NCBI GenBank assembly: GCA_964106915.2
Contig: OZ066916.1
Direction: 5' to 3' (one strand)
DNA: 64,000 nucleotides
DNA from: Podarcis gaigeae
Taxonomy: Eukaryota
The notes beneath the pieces were generated by a model, which was not told the DNA's origin, searched no databases, and was given only the letters and a program-made list of their open reading frames with translations. The position numbers were made by a program, and so were the translations under genes. This document shows, one piece after another, positions 49,626 to 61,990 of this stretch (within the stretch, counting starts at the first letter, position 1; each line of letters begins with the position of its first letter).

Positions 49626-52402
49626 CTTTTCAGCAAGGAAAAAGATGTCAGGACAAGAGAACTAATCATAGATCTCCCATGTCATGTCTAGCTTGTCTCT
49701 GATGAAGAGCATCTTTGGCTGTTTGCAGTTGAAATTGATGCACAGACTCATAAGGCTGTGAGTTGTCTGAAAGCACCTTAGGGAATGCAGAGCCTTTGGA
49801 TGGATCTGTTGCTCTGTAACCGTGTTGCTTGTCATCACTTACTGTTTGTTATACTTATAAATAAACCAAATATTACAAATGCACCTTAGCCATCTCCAGT
49901 GCTTGTACTCTCGTCTAAAATAAATGTCCCACCGCTTGGGAAATTGAGGAGTGTGTACCATTAGTGTTCTGTCTCATCTCTGTGTTTGTTTTTCGCCACC
50001 TTGCATCTTTCCTGTCAACATCATAGTGTCTGGAAAAGGGACAGAAAGGCAAGACATTGATCATAACGGCTCATCTTCCTTAAAGGGAAAAAAAGACTAA
50101 GGATGTGGCAAAAAAAGGACAACTGTGGAGTCAAGGGAGTATAAAATCAGGAGGGGTGTGAAGGGTGAGAAAAAAGTCATTCACAACCTCTCACGATAGG
50201 AGCTAAGGATTATGCAGTTAAATTTGCAGCAGCAGCAGCTTTCAGAGAAATCACTTCCCAAATAACTTTTAATAGAGGTTAGGATGGAGTCATACATAAT
50301 GATGATCACATGGTTGTTACCTCAGAGGACTGACCTCGATGGATCATTAGCATGACACAGCATGGGAATTCTTACATGCTCTCTCCAGCAGTAGCTGGGT
50401 AGCTAATTTCTTAATTGATCAGTTCATACTTACAGTGTGACTTCCTGCAGGTTCCCTTGAAACATCATCTGCCCATTACCAGAGAATGGTTCAGTTTGGT
50501 TTTGGAAATGAGTTTAAGCCACCACTACCTCTGTCCTGCCTATAGTGTCATGAAATATAATAATCTTGATTAGGCACTGTAGCAATGTCTGGACACGCAA
50601 ATCCCACATTGCCTAAGGCCTTTGTTCAGCAATGCATGGATGTACATGTCTATCTTTAAACATAATCCCAACATGTAATCAGCTAGGAATGTGCTCCGGT
50701 CTCTTGAGATGAGCCCTCGGTCAGTAACAGAGCAGCCAACATGTATACACATGTATACGCAGTAATATGTGCACAGCCAGTCACAATGTCACAGTGCTCG
50801 ATGAAATAGAGTCATGTGACAAAGACATTCCTGATGAACTAGTTCTACTGACATAGCTAGGATAGTCTCGGGACCAGAATTTCAGAAGAGACAATAAATT
50901 GAATTTGGTTCCACTCCTATACAAATTAGCAGCACTAGTAAATATAGTTGATTCCATATTGAGAAGTATGTGGAGCTGGAGGCTCGGCTGCCTGCTCTCC
51001 AAATAACTGTTGGCTGAGGGAGAACACAGAGCCCTATAAGGCCTGCTTATTTTAGCTTTGAAACTGTTTCCAGTCCCATAAGATGAAAACAATTTGCAGA
51101 TTAAGGCAGCTGGAGGCATATATTGGATGTAGAAATGCATCATCACAACCACAAAGGAGGTTTTGTGCCTTTAAGACAGGAGTGGTCCAGCTTTCTGAAG
51201 TCATTCAAACTCAGGGGTTACGTTCCCTCAGGGTCTGTTCTCCATCCTGGAGGCTTAACTTTATTCTAGAGCTTGTGGCTGTAGAATGAAGGGTCCTTGT
51301 GCACCCTGACGTACAGCAGATCAATTTTGTCTCCTGAAATCCAAAATGTAGTTTCTTCATTGATTTTACTAGGCATGGGGTGGGCCTCTCCTTCAGGATA
51401 AGCCTGGCTATTCCTGACTTGTGTAGAACTCAAGAAGATGGAAGTCCAGCACCCTAAGAAACTTCAATCCAAAACTTTTAAGAGGGCAAAGTCCCCAGCC
51501 TCATCCTAGCACTCCATCATTAACTCCTTAATTCTAGAGAAAGACAGTCAATCCCCACTCTCACACTGTCCCTTCCCAATTTTTAAGCATCATTTAGCAA
51601 TGTCCCAGCATGTATGTTTGCTTCAAAAACAAAGCCAATTTTCATGAATTAGGAGCATGGACTTTCCCTGGATGTCTGGTGCAAGCCTGGATCTGGTGGT
51701 GCTCCTGGTGTTTTTCTTCCACCAGGGCATTCCAGGAAAAGAATCCCTTTACCTCATTGAAAGAACTGAGAACCTGCTGTTCAGCAGAAGGAAAACCCAG
51801 CAAAACATAACCTATTAGTTTAGCAAAGAGCTTTAAAGAACAGGGTGCCTTGTTCTTTTAAAGTTTGCACAATAACAGAAAAAAGGAATTCCCACAGAAG
51901 GCAAATGATGACAGATCAGTCACTAGACCAACTGTAACAAACAACCCCAAAACCCACAAGTCCACCCACACTTCCTAGAATAGACAAGACTGGGTTACTT
52001 ACAGCCCCTTAAAAGTGAAACAAAAATGGCTTTCTGGAAAGACTCTTAGTTGCTGAGTTATGTTCTTTTGTGGGGTAAGAAAGGGTTGTGTGGGGATTTA
52101 AAAATGAAAACCCTGATCCTAACCACATTGTAACCCAATTTCATGCATGTTTACTCAGAGGTAAGCCCCACTTTGCTCAATGGAGCTCACCTAAGTCCTC
52201 CTGTTCCTGAATTGTTTCAACCCCAGCAGCTGGTTGTTATATCAACACTATTGTTGAGAACTGGTGCCTGAGTTTGCTTTTTCCCTCCTCCCTCCCCACC
52301 CTCTTTTCCTTGTATCACTTTTTAAAAAAAGAATGTATGTCTGCCTTGTTTTAAATTATTGTAACATAAGCCGCTCTGGAAGAATTTTGGCTGAAAGCAG
52401 GG

Positions 52403-52454
52403 CAACAACAACAACAACAACAACAGGAAGAAGAAGAAGAAGAAGAAGAAGAAG

Positions 52455-52483
<29 letters not shown>
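52403..52483. repeat. Compound (CAA)n(GAA)n microsatellite
   Basis: Read directly from the sequence. Confidence 0.95.
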
Positions 52484-52485
<2 letters not shown>

Positions 52486-53096
52486 GTGCAGACAAACTTA
52501 TGATCTTATTCGGAAATAAGTCCCATTGGGCTATAAGGCTGCAATTCTATGCACACTAATTGTATGTCAGGATTTAAGTGGGACTGTATGTCTGAGTCTG
52601 CATGCATAGGATAAGCAATGAAGAAAGATATGACATTTTAAAAGTTCACAGCCCATCCCTCAGCTGCAAAACTCTAATACTTAAGCTAATGAAAGGAAAA
52701 CAAGAGTATGTCTCAACCAAATCTTAATAATTTTATGAGCTATCATTATGCTTCTCATCATATGCTATGACTCAAGTGTGGGGATGGCAGGAAAAGAAAA
52801 TAACAACAATTCACCTAAGGTGGGGGAGGGAGGGTTAAAGATACTGGGTTCTAAGCATGTCTAGAGAGCCTTTGGACAGCTGAAAGATGGAGTGTTCCCT
52901 TGATCACAGGGATATAGCCAGGCTTCCTTCATAAGCAGGAATGTGACTCTTCCAGTAGGGCATCAGAGAAAATAAAAGCCAGTAATTTCTTTACAAACAA
53001 CAGAATCTTCTACACTACAGCCTCACAGTCCCAAACTTTCATGGGATTTGGTGCTTATGAGTTGTTGGCAACGGAATGCCAAGTTGAATCTGAACT

Positions 53097-53680
53097 TGGT
53101 TGTTGTTGTTGTTTAGTCGTTTAGTCGTGTCTGACTCTTCGTGACCCCATGGACCAGAGCACGCCAGGCACTTCTGTCTTCCACTGCCTCCCACAGTTTG
53201 GTCAGACTCATGTTTGTAGCTTCGAAGACACTATCCAACCATCTCGTCCTCTGTCGTCCCCTTCTCCTTGTGCCCTCCATCTTCCCCAACATCAGGGTCT
53301 TTTCCAGGGAGTCTTCTCTTCTCATGAGGTGGCCAAAGTATTGGAGCCTCAGCTTCACAATCTGTCCTTCTAGTGAGCACTCAGGGCTGATTTCCTTAAG
53401 AATGGATACGTTTGATCTTCTTGCAGTCCATGGGACTCTCAAGAGTCTCCTCCAGCACCATAATTCAAAAGCATCAATTCTTCGGCGATCAGCCTTTTTG
53501 ATGGTCCAGCTCTCACTTCCATACATCACTACTGGGAAAACCATAGCTTTTACTATATGGACCTTTGTTGGCAAGGTGATGTCTCTACTTTTTAAGATGC
53601 TGTCTAGGTTTGTCATTGCTTTCCTCCCAAGAAGCAGGCATCTCTTAATTTCGTGGCTGCTGTCACCATCTGCAGTGATC
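53097..53680 (-). mobile_element. BovB (RTE-clade) LINE, 5'-truncated 3' end
   Basis: Uninterrupted frame ITADGDSSHEIKRCLLLGRKAMTNLDSILKSRDITLPTKVHIVKAMVFPVVMYGSESWT...RRRGRQRTRWLD...WRALVHGVTKSQTRLND*, a (CAA)n tail, and 12-bp TSD TGAATCTGAACT (53085-53096, 53681-53692). Confidence 0.95.
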
Positions 53681-53717
53681 TGAATCTGAACTAAGGAACA
53701 CAAAAAGTTGCCTTATA

Positions 53718-53940
53718 CAGTGGTACCTCTGGTTAAGAACTTAATTCATTCTGGAGGTCCGTTCTTAACCTGAAACTGTTCTTAACCTGAGGTACCACTT
53801 TAGCTAATGGGGCCTCCCGCTGCTGCGCTGCCACCATGCGATTTCTGTTCTTAACCCGAGGCAAAGTTCTTAACCTGAGGTACTATTTCTTGGTTAGCGG
53901 AGTCTGTATCCTGAAGCGTCTGTAACCCGAGGTACCACTG
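53718..53940. mobile_element. Tc1/mariner-pogo (Tigger-like) MITE
   Basis: TIRs CAGTGGTACCTCTGGTTA / TAACCCGAGGTACCACTG with TA flanks. Confidence 0.88.
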
Positions 53941-54599
53941 TATATCAAGCCAGACTATTACTTTTTTGTCTTGCCCAGGGGAAGCCAATTTGGTGTCCTC
54001 CAGATGTTGCTGAACTGCAGCTCCCATCATCCCTGACCACAGGCCTTGCTGGATGTGGCTGATGGGAATTGGAGTCCAACAGTATCTTGAGGACACCAGG
54101 ATGGCTATCCCTCCCTGGTCTAGTCTCACGGGCAGACATTATCCAGGGTTTCAGGCAGTGATCTTTCCCATCACCGGATCCCATTCTTAAGAATGTAAGA
54201 CAAGACCCGCTGGAATGGACCAAAGGGCCAGCCCATCTAATCCAACATCTTTTTCTCACTGTGGAAACGCACAAGCAGGGCAGCAGATATGTGCAATGGC
54301 ACTCTCCTATCTGTGCTGCCCAGCGACTGTTGCTTAGCGGTATTGAAGGTGAACATGAGATCTTATGCATGCAACCTATGTGCTCTACCAATGAACTATA
54401 TAGTCTGTTCTCATGTTTGGGTGGGCGGGGAACACCTTTTAAACCTATCCAGGTTTTATTTGAAAAGAAAATCACATTCCTCCCCATATTTACATCCAGA
54501 CTCTTCCAGGCATTTATGATGAGCCACTTTCCCTTATTTGCGAGTTGTGCGTGTGTTTTCATCCTTTAATGCCACTTAAATCACTATTCTTTTCAAAAT

Positions 54600-55051
54600 C
54601 GCCCTAAGCGGTAGTCCGATGGGCGTCTCGAGGCCGATGCTGACTGACACACAGTGGTTTAAAGGCACCCCGCTTTTACCCGCGGTGATTCAGGAGGCCT
54701 GGGGCGAAAATGACTGGGGATTCATCCCTCGTCGAGGAAACACGATCCCAACATTGTTTCCGACTTTCTCAGGCAGCCTCGAGTTGTGCCTTTTCACAAG
54801 GCGGCAGCCAATCGCTCACCCGCGGCATCCACTCGCCGCCACCGCGTCGCCCATCACTTGCGGGGGAGGGAAAGGGAACCAATGGGCAGCGCGCGGGAGG
54901 AGCCGGGGGCGGGGCGAGTCAAGCGGCGGGGGAAACTCCCCCCCCCCGGCCAAGTTGACCTGCTCTTGCACCAGGCGGCGTGTTTTTGGCTGGGGCGTCT
55001 TTGGGGCAGCAGCGCGACGCGAGGCTCTCGTCTCTTCCCCAGTGCATGCGG
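54600..55051 (+). promoter_or_regulatory. STX11: CpG-island promoter and non-coding first exon, probably syntaxin-11
   Basis: CpG island with two CCAAT boxes (about 54808 and 54879), a GC box GGGGGCGGGGC (about 54905) and a consensus donor G|GTAAGT at 55051/55052. The gene name comes only from synteny (STX11 follows SF3B5 on the + strand and has a non-coding first exon); no STX11 coding sequence is in the window. Confidence 0.55.
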
Positions 55052-56369
55052 GTAAGTGCTCGGGTCCTTATAGCCCTGGAGGACGGCATGGAAATATCCT
55101 TGGGGGGGGAATGGTGATGGGGCCAGGCAGCAAATCTATCTATCTAAATAGGAAAAGAAGCTGTGCCTCCTCCTGTCTTAGGTTAGTGGGACTCGCTCTT
55201 TCTTTTTTACGTCCAGCCTGAACTTCTTCAAGGAGTTGTGTGGACGATCACGGGGGGGTGGCCGGCTCCGGGAGAAACTTCTGTTTCTTGGGCTGGAGGG
55301 GAAGTTTTGGTGTCTTGGAGGAACAAACTTTTGCCGTCGATGCTGAAGCGCTTTTTGGCGATCAGGCAACTAGTGATGAGCTGTAAGAAGAATTTGTCTG
55401 ATTTAGGGGAACTTGGCCTTCTTTTCTCCACTGTTGCTTCAAGGTGGCTTATATAGGGTACCCAGGCGGTCCTGGGTTGCAGTCCTGACCCCCTGTACTT
55501 GGTGTGAGTTACCAGTGACTTCGGCTGGAAGTGGTTTGTGCCCATTGCCTTGACTGTCAAGCTTTGCACCATGCGCATAGTAAGGGTGCGCAAGATTACA
55601 GCCCCCCTCCAACCTGCTCACACACTGAACGCAAAGTGGGCTTATTGCTGAGGAAACTTTCTGAGGCTTCGGCTTTGCCAGGCTTCCTTCCCTGAGTTAA
55701 AAGTGGACGGTCTGTAGTGATCATGAAATGAAGGCAGCAATATTATCCACACTTACTTAGGAGTTTGTCAGTTAAGGGGCGCCGAGGGAAATGTTCTGCC
55801 AGACTTCCATAACGTTTTGTTCACCTCGTATCGAACTAAGGGTCTGATTGTTTAAGTGGATGTGAACCCGAGTAGCATTTGGTTGGAAAAAAAACCTGTG
55901 TTAGCTTTTTAGTTTATTATTACAATCCTCATCCTCCTCTTCTTGTTATTAATGACATCTGCATGCTTCATAACATAGTTATTTGGGGGCATATTAAATT
56001 ACATCGTCTTAAACTGGCTGTCAAGGAAGAGCTGGCTATCTATACATGTGTGAAGCTGGGGTAGTCAACATGGTGGCCCGCGGTGCCTGCAAAGCTTCTG
56101 AGCTCCCCCCCCCCCTCACTATTCACCATGAGATTGCCAGGATGCTTCATCACATGTCCACTGTCAAGCCAGGATGCTTACCAAACCCCCTTAAAAAGGA
56201 GGAAGTTAGAACAGCGACACTCTTTCCCACTTCTTTAAGTTCTACAGTATGTACCTTTCAGGGCTCAGCTGAACAGAAAGCAAAGCAACCAAGAGGAGGG
56301 GAGGGGAGTGATCAGGGAAAGGTGGGGAATAGAGGGAAGGGGGTGGGGTGAGAAAACGGGGTGCCATAG

Positions 56370-56406
<37 letters not shown>

Positions 56407-56840
56407 TGGGGTTTGAGGAGAGAGAGAAGGCTGGAAGCAGTAAAATGGATTCTCTTGAAATGTTGTATTTCTTCACACATCACCACCCCCCCCACACACA
56501 AACAAAACCATCAACTCAAAGATCATATATCTGTTTTCATTGACTTTAACAATTATGGACCTGATCTGAGGCACAGATCCTTATAATTTTTACAAGGGAT
56601 CCCCTCAGAATTGACATCAAATTATAGGTCACCTCTGTGTTCACAAATGTGTCCTGTGCTTTGTGGTTTTACTATTATTCTATGTAAAAATCACAAACAT
56701 ACATGAGAATCTGTGTTGTGGGCCAATGTTTCTGGACCTGTGACTTTGAAAAAACCACGTAAAATGATTTGCATTCCAGAGGATCTGTTTCACTTCTGCT
56801 TTCTGAATCAAACTTTGGGGCAGAGCCCATGAAAAAGCAA

Positions 56841-56841
56841 A

Positions 56842-56901
<60 letters not shown>

Positions 56902-56902
56902 T
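56841..56902. repeat. Perfect 62-bp palindromic (GT)n(GC)4(AC)n microsatellite
   Basis: Self-complementary about 56871/56872 with arms of equal length. Confidence 0.9.
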
Positions 56903-59024
56903 GCCTCACTTTCTGTCTGTCAAAAGGAAGTGTCACAGGGGAGAGGTGAGAAAAGCATGGGCTCATCAATGTTGACAACTGCTGGTATTAGTGATTAGAA
57001 AACCCTTGTTCATCATTTCTTTATAACATCAGGGAAATCCAAAAAGAAGCAAACAAATATAATCTATTTTAATACTGGGTTCTAATTACACTGAATTGGA
57101 TCTAGTTAGAATCCAGTAATTAGAAGTATGTATTGTAGCATGATGATATTACTTTACCTGAACCTTTTATATAGGGAGAATCAATATAATTCAGATATGA
57201 AAAGCTATTTGAGGAAATTTTCATTTCTTCCCCATTTTTAAAAAAACTGGATTCTCTTCCTTACTTTTCCCTTTCACTTTATTCTCCTAGGGCCTAAATG
57301 GCTAAATAGAATGCTTATCAATTAATTAAGATCAATCTCAAATAGGTGATGAGTACTTAAATTGCAGATTTAAGATAGCTCCATTTTAATTTTAAAATCA
57401 TAACTGATCTATTACCTTAGACTTCTCTCTATTTTTAGAGTGTGTTTGATTTTTGAAGGAACATGATTCCTCAATCCAGGAATTGGGAAGCAAAATCAAA
57501 TAAGTTTGGGTGGGGAGAATTTCTTTTAAACTTAAATTTTATTGTTTATTTTATTTTTTTTTGTTTTTGTTTTAAATTTTATTGTTTATTATCCAGAAAA
57601 CAGTTTGTTGTGGAAGGGAAACAATAGGTCTGATCTAGATTAAAATACTGAAACTTGGTTTCCATTGAAATCAATATGAAAAGTTAGCAAGGGCTGAGTT
57701 AAATTGCATTCATTTCAACTAACATGGACCGTATCCAGCTCAGTGTTAAAGAAGAACTAAGTTTGAGTAAGCTGTTCCTGTAAATTTCTAAGTACCTGTA
57801 ACTAATTTCCTGTGTGCTTTGGAAGAGTAAGAAGTTTGAAGGCAGTTGTGCAAACCTGTTGTTTCCATTGCTACTGCATTTACTGTTAACAGCTCTCATT
57901 CTAAAAATGAAACAAAAACTTGAATTTGGAAATGAAGCATTACTTCCTTCGTGTCTCCTCACAATCTCTTCTCTATCCCACCTTACTGGTGTTTTAGAGG
58001 ATGCCCCTGTACTTTGCACACACAGTGTAGTGAGGCAAACCGTGGTGACTCCCGCTACGTCTGGGGTCACTGCAACTTCCCTGGATGGTACTGGGGTGGG
58101 ATGCCCCACAGCTGCCACCAGCGTGCCCAACCTTGCTGCTATCCTGCCCCACCCTGGTGTCATCCAGCTAAGCTGCACCACTTTCTGTGTCCATGAGAGT
58201 AGCTCTACCTCACTACACCAGCCAATACTGAAAAGGGTCCCTATTTTTTTCAGGGTGGGATTTTTCAAGTTCTCTACACTTTGATTATGGCAGAGGCAAT
58301 TAAAAAATATACTGTCCTGGTTCACACATCATCATAAGGCAAATGGTTGTTCTTGGGTACAGCTTCTGGTTAGTGAGGATAGAGCTTAACAATGAACCTG
58401 GGTTCAGACAACATGCTAAGACAAACCTTGGCTTAGCTGAGCATGTGCGAGAGTAAAAAATATCAGGGAGGAGCAAAGTTGCAGTGAGCTCCTTTCTGGA
58501 GACAGTACATTCATGAGGTCCTAGTAAACTATAGGTGAGCTTACCATGAACCAAGACTGTGTTTTTCTGGTACAGTATTTCAGATGGCAGGATGTTAGCT
58601 CCCTTTCTATACAGTCTTCCATAGACCCATGGCATAGCTCTGTTTTATAGTAATTATAGATATTTATGTAGACACTTGTGTATCCTTTAAGGGGTTTTTT
58701 AGGAGCCACGTATGAACTGGGACACTTACCAATTAATCTAATGTGCTTGAACCTCTTGTAAATGGAAGCTGCAGTGTTATTCATTTTATATGAAAAATCT
58801 CTTAGGCTTCTTCAATGCTATACCAGCTTCCTGGGAATAAGTCTGATGGGGAGTAAGCCTCAGTTGGGTTTACCTCTAGGCAGACCTGGAGAGGACTGGG
58901 CTGGTTATGGTTTGAAATAGTTAGACCCAGAATTGGGTGTGATCAAATATATATACGAAAGCATATATATATGCAGGTTTTGGTGTCCTCGGGTGTCTTC
59001 CCGTGTAAAAGTTGGGGTGTCTAG

Positions 59025-59062
59025 GCGACGTTTCGACGAGGTCTCACTCGTCATCTTCAGGC
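59025..59062 (-). ncRNA. Minimal hammerhead ribozyme motif (PLE family B, minus copy)
   Basis: Reverse complement of 59927-59964. Confidence 0.7.
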
Positions 59063-59926
59063 TGGTGCTTTCGGCTTCTTGTTACTGGAACAGAGCGGGA
59101 TCTCAATGTTTGAGTTCCTATAAATACTGTAGAGGGGGTGTGGTGTCTAGCCTCCAATGTTCTGGGCAGAGAGGAAGTTCCCAGGCTAGTGTGCCTTTTC
59201 TTCTTTTGTTCCTTAATTACTTGAGAGATACCTTGAGTGATTTCTTGAGTGATATCCTGAGTACCACTTAGGTGGGTCATTAGGTGTGGATTAGTTGCTA
59301 AAGTCTTTGTGTCTTGACCTCTTGAACTTTGTGAAGAGTTTTCCTGAGAAGATGGCTGTATTGCACTTAGTTGTGCTTTGGCTTGGCTTCGTGTATAGGG
59401 GCGAGCTGTGGTTTTGTGGCTTGTGTCAGCCAGATCTGTGTAGGGATTGCAGGGGGGGTGCAGCATCCGGAGGTGCCACCATGGATTGGCTACTGGATGG
59501 TGTCAGTAATTCATCTGTGGAGAGGGTCTAGGTCCCCTGCAATCCCTACACAGATCTGGCTGACACAAGCCACAAAACCACAGCTCGCCCCTATACACGA
59601 AGCCAAGCCAAAGCACAACTAAGTGCAATACAGCCATCTTCTCAGGAAAACTCTTCACAAAGTTCAAGAGGTCAAGACACAAAGACTTTAGCAACTAATC
59701 CACACCTAATGACCCACCTAAGTGGTACTCAGGATATCACTCAAGAAATCACTCAAGGTATCTCTCAAGTAATTAAGGAACAAAAGAAGAAAAGGCACAC
59801 TAGCCTGGGAACTTCCTCTCTGCCCAGAACATTGGAGGCTAGACACCACACCCCCTCTACAGTATTTATAGGAACTCAAACATTGAGATCCCGCTCTGTT
59901 CCAGTAACAAGAAGCCGAAAGCACCA

Positions 59927-59964
59927 GCCTGAAGATGACGAGTGAGACCTCGTCGAAACGTCGC
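59927..59964 (+). ncRNA. Minimal hammerhead ribozyme motif (PLE family B)
   Basis: GC-CUGAAGA-U-GACGAG-UGAGAC-CUCGUC-GAAA-CGUC-GC. It has the core boxes, a 6-bp stem II, palindromic ACGU at stem III and a GUC cleavage triplet, but only about 2 bp of stem I. Confidence 0.7.
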
Positions 59965-60991
59965 CTAGACACCCCAACTTTTACACGGGAAGACACCCGA
60001 GGACACCAAAACCTGCATTCCTGTACCCGTGAAAATCTACGAAAGCAAAGCATATATATATATATATATATATATCTACTAAAATGTGCTGAAGAATAAA
60101 ATGCAACTTTAAACCCACAAAAGGTTTTAACATACAATAAAGATATGGATAAAATTACTACAGTACAATAATATATTCAGAAAATCTGATCTGACAAACA
60201 AACAAAAAATATCCCAACCCAACACTTTTTGACCCCACAAAGGGTCTTCCTCGGTGTTCAATGAATTTGTGACACATTATTTGTCACCAAATTCCACATG
60301 GATTCAACATTCATAGGAAAAGTCTTTGAGTGTATTCTATTTGGATGAAAACATTAGGTTGGAATTACCCCTTTGACTTCTCTTCCTTTGATCAACTGGA
60401 ATGGCATCTGAAATCCTGCATGTTTTCCTTGCTTGTGACATCTGCATTTGAGAGTCTTGTAGGTGGTTGCATGAATACGTACAAATATACATCATGGAAA
60501 ATGTGCAGTATAAACAAGGCAACAAGAATCTGAGGCACTCTGGGAATTTTTGATTGGTAACAGCTTTTATTTCATAATGCTATGTGTACATGCGATTGTT
60601 GTAATCATGAGGTTACAGTCACTTGATAGCATGTGACTTGTAGGGATAATGTGGTTGAGAAGTTAGATAATAGAATTAGAGCTCTTTGAATGTATGATAC
60701 AGTGTTGGTGCTTAGTAATCTTACCTGCATACTTGGCTTCTTAGCTGTTATGAGTCAAGTAGTCATTAACAAGGAAATATATAAGATGTGTCTTATGACT
60801 TGCATTACACCAGTATTGTAATGTGTGCATGTTTAAGGGTTACTGGGAGCTACTTTGGTTCTAGCTTCCGAAAAATAGTGAAGTAGGACACCTTTATTTT
60901 CAGTTGTTCATTAGGCGTAACACCTGTGTTTTGTTTTCTGCTATCATGAGAATAACCTAAGCTATCTTCTCTTCAGTCTTTGATTACTTTA

Positions 60992-61085
60992 ATCTGTTGG
61001 GAGCCACCCAGAGTGGCTGGGGAAACCCAGCCAGATGGGCGGGGTATAAATAATAAAATTATTATTATTATTATTATTATTATTT
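60992..61085 (+). mobile_element. Short LINE 3'-end fragment with (TTA)n tail
   Basis: Same sequence as 36935-36993 in the opposite orientation, ending in (ATT)n. Confidence 0.6.
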
Positions 61086-61769
61086 AATATTCTTTGACGC
61101 ATGGGCCTAATTTTACTCTGCCTCCTAAGTTGGGGCCAAACACACTAAGTTGGGGCCAAACTAGAGGTGACTTGAGAGATCTAAGGAAAAGGATCTCCTA
61201 CACTTTAAAAACAAATGTTCTTAGCAAGAAGAGATTCAGACTGGGACCCTGGTGCTGGAGGAGGAGGGAGTAAAACTCTTTCCTCTGCATCATTTCCTCA
61301 TTTTATTTCCTTTACCAAATAAAAGTTAGGGATGGGGGAAATGGAGCAGGGCAGATAAAGTTAAACCTTGCTTTCCCAGTACAGCAAAGATCTGTAGTTT
61401 CCCGGACCCAGAGTGATTTTCTATACAGCACACAGAAACCTAGAAAAATGCTGGCTGATATGCATTCTGAGTTGTCCCTGAAGGGGCACTTAAACAACAA
61501 GTCAAACAGGACTCTCATCATTTGAACAGTTAGTCCCCCGAGTCTTAAGGCAGCAGCTGTTAATTGCTTGTGAGTCCTGTCTGACTAGTTCTGTTGTCAT
61601 CAGTGTAAGGCATCCTAAATATTCAAATATCAATGAAAACAAAGCCAAGGCAGGCCTGAGACATTCTGGTGCGTCTTATGCTGCACTTGAATATCTTTAC
61701 ATTGAGGGCATGGAGGAGAACTACAGTATAAAGGATTTATATGACTTAAGTTGGGTTGTAGGGAAATGT

Positions 61770-61990
61770 TTCTGGCAAACCAGAGCAGCGCACGGAAACA
61801 CTGTTTACCTTCCCGCCGGAGCGATACCTATTTATCTACTTGCACTTTTGATGTGCTTTTGAACTGCTAGGTTGGCAGGAGCAGGGACCGAGCAATGGGA
61901 GCTCACCCCGTCATGGGGATTCGAACCACGACCTTCTGATCGGCAAGTCCTAGGCTCTGTGGTTTAACCCATAGCGCCACCTGCGTCCCT
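61770..61990 (-). mobile_element. Sauria SINE, 5' portion
   Basis: Reverse complement of the head and body of the 15627 copy (GGGACGCAGGTGGCGCTATGGGTTAAACCACAGAGCCTAGGACTTGCCGATCAGAAGGTCG..GGTTCGAATCCCC). Confidence 0.85.

Larger units (their letters stand above)
58971..60046. mobile_element. Penelope-like pseudo-LTR pair in inverted orientation (family B), inserted in (TA)n
   Basis: 485-bp inverted arms 58971-59455 / 59534-60018, a 78-bp spacer, a 28-nt one-sided tail 60019-60046 and a hammerhead core in each arm. The ORF track shows identical peptides on both strands. The PLE assignment rests on architecture and the ribozyme; no RT or endonuclease sequence is retained. Confidence 0.82.

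Noticed and set aside
52264-52503. ORF with poly-Thr and poly-Arg
   Set aside because: It is only the translation of a (CAA)n(GAA)n microsatellite.
54619-55593. 200-aa (+) and 121-aa (-) ORFs over the CpG island
   Set aside because: They are GC-driven open frames with no syntaxin or other motif. The region is better explained as a promoter and non-coding exon.
57699-58325. Overlapping 208-aa (-) and 156-aa (+) ORFs
   Set aside because: No similarity to STX11, PLAGL1 or any family I recognise. They may be chance ORFs or non-coding exon sequence.
59044-59945. Mirror-image ORFs on both strands
   Set aside because: They result from the inverted repeat. At most they are a low-complexity PLE ORF tail, not host genes.
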